Assembly: GCA_964016885.1 (NCBI GenBank)
Contig: OZ024740.1
Span: 146,506,001-146,570,000, forward strand
Length of the DNA: 64,000 nt
Source: Eledone cirrhosa
Lineage: Eukaryota
Reading direction: 5' to 3'
Part shown: positions 38,497 through 49,705 of the stretch, one piece after another
How the letters are laid out: every line of letters starts with the position of its first letter
Position numbering within the stretch: position 1 is the stretch's first letter
Notes under the pieces: generated by a model
What the model saw: the letters and a program-made list of their open reading frames with translations, nothing else
Database searches by the model: none
What the model was told of the DNA's origin: nothing
Translations under genes and position numbers: made by a program

Positions 38497-39368
38497 TATT
38501 GGTATTAACAATTCTCTATTAGATGAAGCATTGCCTGTTTGTTGTTGTTATTGACAATGTTCGCAATTATTTGAATAGTTTTGAAGGTTCATGGCTTAGT
38601 GGTTAGAGTGTTGGGCTCACAATCATTGTGTCCTTGAGCATTCATGACCAACGGGGGTCTACAATGTATATTTACAATATTTATAATCCTGAGAAAAAGC
38701 AATGAAAGCATAATTTAGAGTGAAAACAAAAATATAATTGAAACAGAATTGATTGATTTATGAAGTATTGGAAAATATAGTCACCAAAATGCAAGTAATT
38801 ATAATAATAGTTGAATAAATCAGGTAAAGTACCTCTGGATACCAAAATGTGGACAGAGATATCTGTGGGGAATTGAATCATGCATTGTTGTGATTAAATT
38901 TTCAAATTTCAAAAATACAGTTTATTCCTTTTATGATCAGTATAAATCATGATTATAATAATTTCTTTCTTTATTTACTAAATAATTATCATTTCTGAAA
39001 TATTGGTTTCCGATATAGGTAGCAATTTTAGTGGAGGGGAAAGTCAATTATATCAACCCCAGTACTTGACTGGTTTTATTGACCTTTTTTTATCTGGAAG
39101 GGTTTCACCACCCTTCATTTCTGAAATATTAATAATGTACTGTTACTGCAGTTTTAATTAAATTCAGAGTTCTATATTGAAAGTATATTATTTCAGGATT
39201 AGAAAAACAGCTTAAAAATGTTAATATATTATATTTTACTTGCATGTCTTTGTTATCCATAAAATTTTAACATTTTATGTATTAATCATGCTTTAAAATA
39301 ATCTTGTAGTTAACTCTTATAAGATCATTTTTCTACTAAAAAAAGATGAGAATGATCTCTACAAGAAT

Positions 39369-39370
<2 letters not shown>

Positions 39371-39407
<37 letters not shown>

Positions 39408-39474
39408 ACACACCACACACCACACATACACACACCACACACCACACACCACACATACACACACCACACACACA
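39371..39474. repeat. (CA)n/(CACCA)n microsatellite
   Basis: Seen directly. Confidence 0.9.
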
Positions 39475-39921
39475 CGTTTTTATGACTGGGTCCTCAGTTG
39501 GTTGGAAGGAGGTATATTAATTGCTTATTGAATCTATTAAAACACAGCATACTAAATACATACCCAACATCATGAACAACATGTATGTAAAAGCCGCCCC
39601 TCTACAATTACCTTTACACACTAACAAATCAACCACAGTGTGAAAATCATTTCTGTAGACTAAGGTTTACATAATGATAAATATACTGATACCAAATAAT
39701 ATTTACACTCTTCTGCAATAACTAACAAAATAACATAAACAGTCAAATGCATACACCATACACCCACAATACAAGTCCAATAGCCACCACAGAAGATAGA
39801 TATGACATAAATGATCAACCAAACATAGAGAACTACCCCATTATGCAATGCCAACACTACACCCACAAAAAACATACATCTACATTTTTTAATAACATTA
39901 ACCAAAAGATTGATGGCTGAA

Positions 39922-40127
39922 TTAACCCTTTAGCTTTTACATTACCCTATATTTACTATTGTATTTTCACGGTAAAGGCTCTATCTCACATAATATTGAA
40001 TCTATGAGGTTTTGATATTATTTATTTTGAGAACAATACCTTAACATCAGTATAAGTGGCCAGTTTGAACAGAAACGGGTGAAGGAATTCTGACTGGATA
40101 CAGCTGGTTTAAATGCTAAAGGGTTAA
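39922..40127. mobile_element. piggyBac-like MITE, copy 2
   Basis: TTAA|CCCTTTAGC ... GCTAAAGGG|TTAA. Confidence 0.8.
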
Positions 40128-40534
40128 GCCTAACAACCAGAATCAACACACAGACACTAGCCAGATGGAGGCACAGCTGCATTACCATAGACTAATAAAA
40201 TTAGTTAAGTAACCAGACAAAAAATGTCAGTTCAAATTCCACCCCCAAATTTCATAAAAATAACCTTTAACTACCAACTATATGACTGTCTTACCATTTA
40301 TTGACCCAATAATTGTTCCAATTCCATTTTGTTCTTGTTCTGATTTTTATTTTTACTTTCGTTTTGCTTTCCTCTTAACTTCCTCAATGTACCCTCCCCA
40401 CAATCTGTCAAACAGCATATAGCTCCACCCCTTCAAAGAAATGAACTTGGCTGAAGTTAACACAAACATTTTTGCCATTGAACAGTTTTAGCTAGACTGT
40501 TGGGCATTCTACCCTATAATATATATATATATAC

Positions 40535-40872
40535 TTCATTGAAATATATTGCCAAATAAATCTTGATTTACAAATGTTTCATTCTCTTAGGACTTATCAA
40601 AATCAATCATTTTATGAACAATTAATTACCTCAACACGTTCATTTTTTTGAATACCCCAATAACCATGGCGAATCTTTGTTTACATTTTACAAACAAGTT
40701 GCTGACTAATGGTGGTTTGTAAAATGTAAATAAAGATTCACCGTGGTTTTTGGTGCGTTTGAAAAGATGAACGTGTTCATAAAATGATTGATTTTGATAA
40801 GCCCTAAGAGGATGAAACATTTGTAAATCAAAATTTGATGCAAATTAGTATTTGGCAATATATTTTAATGAA
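40535..40872. repeat. Long foldback inverted repeat (MITE-like hairpin)
   Basis: Arms of about 150 bp pair with a few indels around a short loop near 40696-40714. Confidence 0.88.
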
Positions 40873-41044
40873 TAATTTGCTCCACGCATAATTAATTTAA
40901 CACAAGAGGAATTCATATACATGCATTAAAAAAAAAAAATTATGGAAATATGATACATAGCCATGTGTACAGTTTATTATAATAAATTACCATATTTTGA
41001 GCTGATATAACTTCTTCACCTACATCTTTTCAGTTTTTATATTT

Positions 41045-41078
<34 letters not shown>

Positions 41079-41265
41079 TAATAAAAATAATGAATAAAAA
41101 CAAAGAAACAGTTCCTTATATTAAAAAATTCATCATTTTACGATCGTTTCTAGGATATATATGTGTGTGTTGGTATGTATATCATATAGATCTATGTAAA
41201 AATTTTACAAACTATCAGAGGGAATGTACATACCTACACATATATATGCTGTCTTCAGAAATAAT

Positions 41266-41646
41266 TGTTTCTACTTTAGGCACAAGGCCAGCAATTACCC
41301 AGTGCATTACTGGTACTTTATTTTATCGACCCCGTAAGGATGAAAGGCAAAGTCAACCTTGGCGGGATTTGAACTCAGATCGTAAAGAGACGTAACTATG
41401 CTGGAAAGCATGGCGTCCGACCCTCTACCGATACTGCCAATCCACCACCGGTGGATTCAGAAATAATTGTTTCTACTTTAGGCACAAGGCCAGCAATTAC
41501 CCAGTGCATTACTGGTACTTTATTTTATCGACCCCGTAAGGATGAAAGGCAAAGTCAACCTCGGCGGGATTTGAACTCAGATCGTAAAGGGACGTAACTA
41601 TGCTGGAAAGCATGGCGTCCGACCCTCTACCGATACTGCCAATCCA
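41266..41646 (-). mobile_element. Two tandem Nin/Deu-domain-type tRNA SINEs
   Basis: Near-identical units 41266-41455 and 41468-41646; B box GAGTTCAAATCC and GCCTTTCATCCTTACGGGGTCGATAAAAT on the minus strand; TTCAGAAATAAT repeated three times. Confidence 0.88.
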
Positions 41647-42064
41647 TTCAGAAATAATGATATTTGTTTATTGAAAAAAACCAACAAAGATTTAATATAA
41701 TAGGTCTGTTTGGGAACAGGTTTTGAATTGACCAATAGAAAAGTAGTAAGTAGTCAAGTTGATAGAATAGTAGTAATAGAAATTTAATTTAGGGGTAGAG
41801 GAATGGAAAGAGTATTTTGAATGAAAAGATTACTTTGGGGATGAAAATAGGTCAAGCCGGTGAAAGGTACACGAAAATTTGATGTTATTAAAGAATAATG
41901 CTAATGTTAAAATCTAAGGAGAATAAAATTTTACGATAAATGTGTTAGTGAAAAATATCAATCTTATTTAAAACATAAGGAATTTAGATCTATAAAAAGA
42001 AATTAAATTAATTTAATTGATAGGTATAATTATTTACTAGATTTCTATAAGAATATAACATCAA

Positions 42065-42159
42065 TGATCTCAGTAAACAGGTGGGGTAGTTGGCCTTGAT
42101 AAGCTTCAACCAAAGCGAAACAAGACTTGTCGGCTTATCTCCCCTGTTTGCTGAGATCA
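42065..42159 (+). ncRNA. Type I hammerhead ribozyme (U3-A8 variant), copy 1
   Basis: Long stem I TGATCTCAGTAAACAGG/CCTGTTTGCTGAGATCA; core TTGATAA; stem II GCTT-CAACCA-AAGC; GAAA; stem III ACAAG-A-CTTGT; GUC site at 42131. Confidence 0.82.
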
Positions 42160-42380
42160 AAGTGAGTGAATTTGTCACTACTTTAAAACAATAGCTTACG
42201 GTCTTCAAAATGCTTTTAATTAAGCATAAAGTGTATTGCAAAATACATTATATATACATCCATATATATATTGCTATTTCAGAGCTCCAATTCTAATTTT
42301 TAATTTCTGCCTGACCAACAACCGCTCTGCATAATCAGCTCCTGATTATTTACTAGATTTCTATAAGAATATAACATCAA

Positions 42381-42475
42381 TGATCTCAGTAAACAGGTGG
42401 GGTAGTTGGCCTTGATAAGCTTCAACCAAAGCGAAACAAGACTTGTCGGCTTATCTCCCCTGTTTGCTGAGATCA
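42381..42475 (+). ncRNA. Type I hammerhead ribozyme (U3-A8 variant), copy 2
   Basis: Identical to copy 1; GUC site at 42447. Confidence 0.82.
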
Positions 42476-42696
42476 AAGTGAGTGAATTTGTCACTACTTT
42501 AAAACAATAGCTTACGATCTTTAAAATGCTTTTAATTAAGCATAAAGTGTATTGCAAAATACATTATATATACATCCATATATATATTGCTATTTCAGAG
42601 CTCCAATTCTAATTTTTAATTTCTGCCTGACCAACAACCGCTCTGCATAATCAGCTCCTGATTATTTACTAGATTTCTATAAGAATATAACATCAA

Positions 42697-42791
42697 TGAT
42701 CTCAGTAAACAGGTGGGGTAGTTGGCCTTGATAAGCTTCAACCAAAGCGAAACAAGACTTGTCGGCTTATCTCCCCTGTTTGCTGAGATCA
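42697..42791 (+). ncRNA. Type I hammerhead ribozyme (U3-A8 variant), copy 3
   Basis: Identical to copy 1; GUC site at 42763. Confidence 0.82.
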
Positions 42792-43279
42792 AAGTGAGTG
42801 AATTTGTCACTACTTTAAAACAATAGCTTACGGTCTTCAAAATGCTTTTAATTAAGCATAAAGTGTATTGCAAAATACATTATATATACATCCATATATA
42901 TATTGCTATTTCAGAGCTCCAATTCTAATTTTTATAGGGATAAATTTATATTAATTCATATAGATATGATAAATAAGAGTTAGATGTTATTAAAGAATGT
43001 TGTTAAAAACGAAGGAAAAATAACTTTTTTGGGGGGGATAAATGTATTAGTGAGAAATAACAAACTTATATAGATTACAAGGAATTTAGATTCATAACAG
43101 GAAATTAAAATAGTTTATATGTATACTTATTGGTATAAATTTTAGGAAAAGATAGCTGTAAAAGGGAAATAAAATTATGCAGTTCTTAGTAGTAGAATAT
43201 TAATTATAGGTTAACTAATTTAAAAAAATTAATTATAATAATTTGTAAAATATAAGTGCATATTAATTAGGTTTATAAT

Positions 43280-45150
43280 ATTTGAAAGTTTTTCTAATTC
43301 TATGATTGCACGATATAATTAATTCTTGTCGCTTATTTAATAGGATATCCTTAGATTTCATTATTTCAAAAAGTTCCTGGGAACATAATCCACATTCATA
43401 TCTATTATTTTGATGAGGGGTGGCACTTTTGAGCACATTCCAGGTCAGGTTATAATCGATATTCTTTTTTCTATAATTATTAATTATTTCAGCTAAGGAT
43501 GTTGTATTAGCTAATGCGGCATTTTTAAAACTGTGTTTGTGGGTATTAAATCTTACTTTAAATTGGTTAGAAGTAGCTCCTATATATGAATAAGTTGAGT
43601 CCGTAGTGCTAATTTTACATTTATATACTATGTTATTAATAAGGCAATTTCCTTTTAATGGGCAATTTGCTTCGTTTCTACAGTTACAACCTTACGTGAA
43701 TGTTATATCAGGGGAGTTAGTCAAATTAGGTGTGGAATTTTCTCTACTTGTTGTATGTGAATGAGATGGTGGTTTGCTGTGGTTTATTTTAGTATTATGG
43801 TTAGTTTGATGTGTTGGTGGTATATTAGTTTTTTTTACATTTATATGCATTATAGGCACTTATATTTTGTTGTATATTTTTGGTTGTGGAGTAGGAGAAT
43901 TTGACCGTTGATCTATTTAAAATTTGATGGTATTTATGGTTTGGCGGGAAGTTTTTCTCTAGGATAGTAAAAATTTTTTTAGGTATATTATCTTTAATTT
44001 GTAAATTAAATGGAGCATTATACCAAGTGATTTTATTACACATATGTTTAGTTAGATTCACTGATTTAGGTGTTTTAGCCTGATTATTAGGAATTTTGTT
44101 AGTAATGTTATTAACATATATTGGAATATTAGGATGAATGGTTTTTTGAAAGTTATTATATTGTATATTAGAAGAGGTAGAGAAATTAAGTTTTAAGTTG
44201 GTATTTTTGGGTATAGTGTGAGTGGCATTTAGGTGTGTATATTTCATTTGGTGTTTGTTGGTAATATTGGGTTGTATGTTTGTAGTATTATTGGTACAAG
44301 GTATATATACTAATTTGTTTTTGTGGCCGCTTCTAGCTAAAGCTTCGTTATAAAAGATCGCATTTTTATCGAATACATCTTGGTTAGATGAAAGGTTAGA
44401 AATTCTGAGTGAGATATTATATGCTAGGTTTTTAAGGATAGATCTAGGGTGATTAGATTGTGAGTGTATGTAATGTAAGTTTTGGTTAGGTTTATGGTAA
44501 GGTTGGTAGATACCTGTAGATAAGTCTAAAGTTATATCAAGGAAATTAACTACTTTACTTGTGTTTTCAAATGTAATAGTGAGACTATAATAGTCTTTGA
44601 GGAAAGTTCTAATAAGTTTTTTATTTTTTTTAATTTCTGATAGGCTAAGGTTAGTGGAAAGAAGAAGACAGTCATCACGATATAAACCACCTTTAAGGTG
44701 GGGGAAAAGAAGCATTTATGTTAAATAGAAGAAAGAGGCCCACAAGATCGGTAATTTGGGCAGAATCACTAGAGCCCATAGTAATATTGAATAGATTACT
44801 ATATGTATTTCTGGTCCAGTATTCCTTCTGAAATTCTAGTAGTGTTTGTCTAGCGTGCGTGATAATATTAATGTCATCCATAGTTAAGGTTGATCTATTT
44901 TTGGCAAATATCAAGGCTTTGTTCAGGAGTATGGGTGATATAGAGGGATAATAAGCATCTATATCGAATTGTAGAAATGAAGCAGATGATTTATTTCTAA
45001 TATTAGTAAACCAGTTAATTACCTGGGATGTGTTTTCCCAGAGTGGTAAATTAACATGTTTTCTTAATTGTGGGATGACTCTATCTAAAAATTTTTTACT
45101 AATGATGCCAATGTCAGATTTGGAAGGGCATATAAGTCTTATAGAAGGAT
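43280..45150 (-). pseudogene. Penelope-like RT/GIY-YIG ORF with Asn/Thr-rich linker, frameshifted
   Basis: Frameshifts at the G run near 44700 and the T run near 43830. Confidence 0.85.
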
Positions 45151-46142
45151 TATATCCTAGAAACAATCGTAAAATGATGAATTTTTTAATATAAGGAACT
45201 GTTTCTTTGTGTTTATTCATTATTTTTATTAATTTATCTTGACTCTGTTTTCCTGTGTTTTTCATCGAAAAAATATTTTGAATACATCTTCTCTTTTCAT
45301 GATATTTGGATTACATTGAGTTCTTCATACGGATTGGACACTACCGTATATTTTGGTAGATTTATCTATATATATATATATATATATATAAAATTTAATA
45401 TAGAAATGGCTTGTACAGGACTAGAACTGTTTTATCTGAAAGAAATGATTTGTATATTAAATTTGATGTTTACACTCTACTAATGTATTGAGTACCTTAC
45501 TTACTGTGGTTACCCCTGATTAAACCTGGGGGACACACACATATATATAATGGTTGTTGTGTTGTGAGTAATTACATTCATTGAAGCCTATTTGTTTACA
45601 TTGAATTTGAAATCTGTGTATATTTTATAAATATGTGTAATTTTAGTGTATATTGACATATATATGACATGTATATATTTTTGTTTATTATGAATACTTT
45701 GAAAGTATTTGAAAAGATTAGATACTCTATAATTTCAATTTGTAAAAATGAAAGAGTTTTTTTTCTTCATCTAAGTAATATGGAGGCATTATTTTGGAAG
45801 ATGATTCATTATATAAAAAAATTAAAAAGTTTGGTAGCTCCACATATCCAGTTGGGGGAGTTTAATCCTCATTTTAAACTTACCTTTTTGGGGGAGGAAA
45901 TATATATATATATATATATAAACTAGCATAGTACCCATAAAAATTAAATGCTTAAATCTTTCAATATCCTCGTGTCACTCCAACCATATCTGTATTTCAT
46001 TTTACAATCATTTAAATCAATTGCAATAATTTTCTTCCATATTTTCTGTCGTCATTATCAAACATATATCTATTAAATTACAATGAATTTGCTCTACTAA
46101 AGTGCTTTTCACATGATCATCATGTTTTATTATATATATATG

Positions 46143-46207
<65 letters not shown>

Positions 46208-46209
<2 letters not shown>

Positions 46210-48222
46210 CATCATCACCATTTTACGTCCGTTCTTCCACGCTAGCATGAGTTAGACGGGTTGTCCTGTTGTGGGCAGTGTCCAGTCGGCTGACCTTGTC
46301 TTGCTAATACAGGAACTGATTCTGGCTTGATTTCTACAGCTGGATGCCCTTCCTAACACCAACCTCATTTACAGTGAGTGCTGGGTGATTTTTTTCCATG
46401 GCACCTTTTTTCCATTTCCTACTTTCCTGGGCTGGGTGCTTTTTTTCCGTGGCACCTCCACGACCACTTTGCAGTGGGAGGGGGTGGGGGCATATTGTCT
46501 ATATGCTTCAGCTTCGGCTTGTTCCTGTGAGGGGTCGGGTCTTCTGTATTACTGACGCCAGAGGTTACGGTCATGTGTCATTGCTCTTGAGAGGTGCAAT
46601 TGGGTAAGGTCGGCCTTTATCACCTCATCCCAGGTCTTCTTGGGTCTCCCCACTCCGTGGCTTCCATCGACTTCTAGTGCTCTGCACCTTTTTATGCAGC
46701 TGTCATCCTTCATACGCATCGCATGTCCATACCAACTTAACCTCCTCTCCTGCACACAGCATTTGATTCCTCTGAGGCTCAGTCTCTCAATTCGTTTATA
46801 CTTTGGCGTTCGCGTATATTACTATTACACATCCATCGGAGCATGCTGGCTTCGTTTCTTTCTTATCTACGCAAGTCTTCTACAGACAGCGCCCAGGTCT
46901 CACTTCCATGTAAAATTACTGTTCGTATACACGCATCATACAGTCTGCCTTTCATTTTGAGGGAAAAGCCTTTTGCAGCTAGCAGTGGCAGTAGCTCCCT
47001 GAACTTCTTCCATCCCGTTTTTACCCTAGTTATTGTACTTTCCAAACACCCACCTCCACTGCTAATTTGGTCACCTAGGTAGCAGAAGTTGTCTACTGTT
47101 TCTACAGAGCCCTCCCAGAGTTTGGTTGTGCTTGTTTCCTGTGGTCGTTTGCTGCTTGCTGTCCCAGCACAGCCGCTACATATGAAGCCTACATTCTTAG
47201 TTAAACTTCCTGAGATCCCACTACATCTCTTGTGTACCCATTGTTTGCATTTGGGGCAGAGAATGGAGTTCCTACCTACACCTTTCCTACATACTGAGCA
47301 AGGCCATTTCCCTGAGGGAATCTGGGTTCTGTTTTCTCGTCTACTTACAGGAACCTTAGTCTTTGTCAGGTTGACTTTGAGACCCTTTCTTTCTAGTCCC
47401 TGCTTCCATGTTTGGAATTTCTTCTCTAGTTCCACCATGGATTCAGCTATAAGTGCGAGATCATCAGCATACAGGAATTCCCATGGGCATCCGGTCTTAA
47501 ATTCCTCCGTTATTGCCTGCAAAACTATAATGAACAGGAGAGGGCTAAGAACAGAGCCCTGGTGGACACCAACCTGTACGCTAAATTCCTCGCTATAGTC
47601 ATTGCTAACTCTAACTTTGCTGACTGCTTCTCTATACATGGCTTGTACAGCTTTCACAAGCTATTCATCTACTCCTAATTTTCTAAGAGCCCACCAGATT
47701 ATAGCACGGGGGACTCTGTCAAAGGCTTTCTCCAGATCGACGAATGCCAGGTAGAGCGGCTTACTTTTAACTAGGTACTTTTCCTGTAACTGCCTCACAA
47801 GGAAGAGGGCATCATCCTAGCACAAACCGAAATTGCATCTCATCTAGTTTCACCCGGTTCCTAATCAACTGTGCTATAACTCTTTCTGTTACTTTCATGA
47901 CCTGGTCCATCAGCTTTATACCTCTATAGTTTCCTCTATCTAGTGCATCACCTTTACCTTTGTAATAGTTGACAATGTTGCTGCTGCACCAATCCTTTGG
48001 TATGATACCCTCTAGTATTACCTGGTTAACAATTTGTGTGGTTATGGTGTGACCTACCGACCCAGATGCCTTCAGCATCTCGGCAGCTATACCAGATGGA
48101 CCGGTTGCCTTCCCTTCATATCTTTGATTGCCTTACTTACTACGCTGCTGCTGGCTTGTACTGCTGGCCCCTCTATAGGGTCCACTTGGGGTAGGGTCTC
48201 TTTTTCCCATCCATTCTCCTCT
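46208..48222 (-). mobile_element. 5'-truncated RTE LINE
   Basis: 264-aa RT/PHD ORF piece (FLYADD), (CAT)n tail, TA tracts on both sides. Confidence 0.93.
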
Positions 48223-48924
48223 ATATATATATATATATATATATAAGGTAAGTTTATCCCGAGTTCAATTGGGAGTAAGCACAGTAAGTAAGGTGCTCAG
48301 TACATAGCAGATTTATATATTCTGTTTGTATATTGCTGTTATTAGTTTTTGCTTTGAGAATTATAAAATAATTATAGAATGTTTTGATTTTTATGTCAGG
48401 TCATAATGCAGCTTCTCTATATAAATTTCTGTGATTCTGTCACAACACATAAAGAGAGAGGACTAGTTTGATTACTCCATACTACTCCTCTCTCTTTACA
48501 TCTGCTGCCTGCGAAATTTGTGTGTGTGTGTAAAAGGAAGGCAGGGGGTGGTGAAAAAGCTGTTGCAAAATAACGGCTGGCATTCCATTTGTTATGCTGT
48601 GTATGTATGTATGTGTGTGTTTGTGTAAATGTATGTGTGTGTTTGTGAATGTATGTCTGAGTGTGTATTTTTGTAAGTGTGTCTGTTTGCATGTTTATAT
48701 TTATATACTCATACATATAAATGTATGCATATGCACAAACACACATATGCATCAGCATGTTGAAAAAAATTGTATAAAAAAAAAGTTTAATGAACTCCTA
48801 TAATTAATTTTATTGTGATTCCAGACTTATAGGGTTTTTTTTTTTTTTTTAATGAAAGGTGGACTTAATAGTAAATATATAATTAGTATGTAGTGTAGGA
48901 AACAAGCACTACCAAATTCTGGGA

Positions 48925-49705
48925 GGGCTTGGTAGAAACAGTAGACAGCTTCTCTATCTAGGTGATCAAATTAGCAGCGGAGGTGGGTGTTCTGAAAGTA
49001 CAGTAACCAGGGTAAGAACGGGATGAAAGAAGTTCAGGGGGCTAATACCACTGCTAGCTACAAAAGGCTTTACCCTCAATGTGAAAGGCAAATTGTATGA
49101 TGTGTGTATACAAACAGCAATGTTGCATGGTAGTGATATCTGGGCGTTGTGTGTAAAAGACTTGCGTAGATTAGAAAGAAATGAAGCTTGCATGCTCCGA
49201 TGGATGTGTAATAGTAATATACACAAACGGCAAAGCATAATCGAACTGAGACAGAGACTAAGCATAAGAGGAACCAAATGCTGTGTGCAGAAGAGGAGGT
49301 TACGCTGATATGGACATGTGATGCGTATGAGGGATGGCACAGGACCGAGACCTCTGACGTTATGCAGTAATACAGAAGACTCGACTTCCCACAGGTACAA
49401 GCCGAAGCTGAACCATATAGACAGTATACCCCCACCCCCTCCCACTGCAAAGTGACCGTGTAGGTGTCATGACAAAAAAAGCACCCAGTCCAGACTAAAG
49501 TGGTCATGTAGGCGGTAAAAAGCACCCAGTACTCACTGTAAATGAGGTTGGTGTTAGGAAAAGCATCCAGCTGTAGAAATCAAGCCAAAATCAGTTCTGT
49601 ATGAGCAAGACAAGGTCACCTGACCTGGCATTGCCCACAACAAGGCAACCCGTCTAACCCATGCTAGTGTGGAAGAATGGACTTAAAATAGTGATGATGA
49701 TGATG
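48925..49705 (+). mobile_element. RTE LINE 3' fragment
   Basis: YLGDQISSGGG, LERNEACMLRWMC, 3'UTR and (GAT)n tail. Confidence 0.9.

Larger units (their letters stand above)
42029..42934 (+). repeat. 316-bp tandem array, about 2.9 copies, each with a hammerhead motif
   Basis: Exact 316-nt period; only two substitutions noticed, in the middle copy. Confidence 0.95.
41071..45365 (-). mobile_element. Penelope-like element, 5'-truncated, with inverted terminal segment
   Basis: IRLICPSKS, QFDIDAYYPSI, MGSSDSAQITDLVG, GLYRDDC, GIY-YIG (CNC..CPLKGNC..IVY..YIG) at about 43320-43690; 45151-45237 is an inverted copy of 41073-41158. Confidence 0.88.

Noticed and set aside
42008-42873. Three repeated 77-85 aa minus-strand ORFs
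   Set aside because: By-product of the 316-bp array, with non-ATG starts and no domain; the RNA fold explains the sequence better
44693-45265. N-terminal MKNTGK..LFLGY as the true start of the Penelope protein
   Set aside because: 45151-45265 is the inverted terminal segment fused fortuitously in frame to a truncated RT
47089-47598. Long antisense ORFs over RTE copies (also 54824-55519, 23916-24317)
   Set aside because: Shadow frames of the RT coding strand with no independent protein signal
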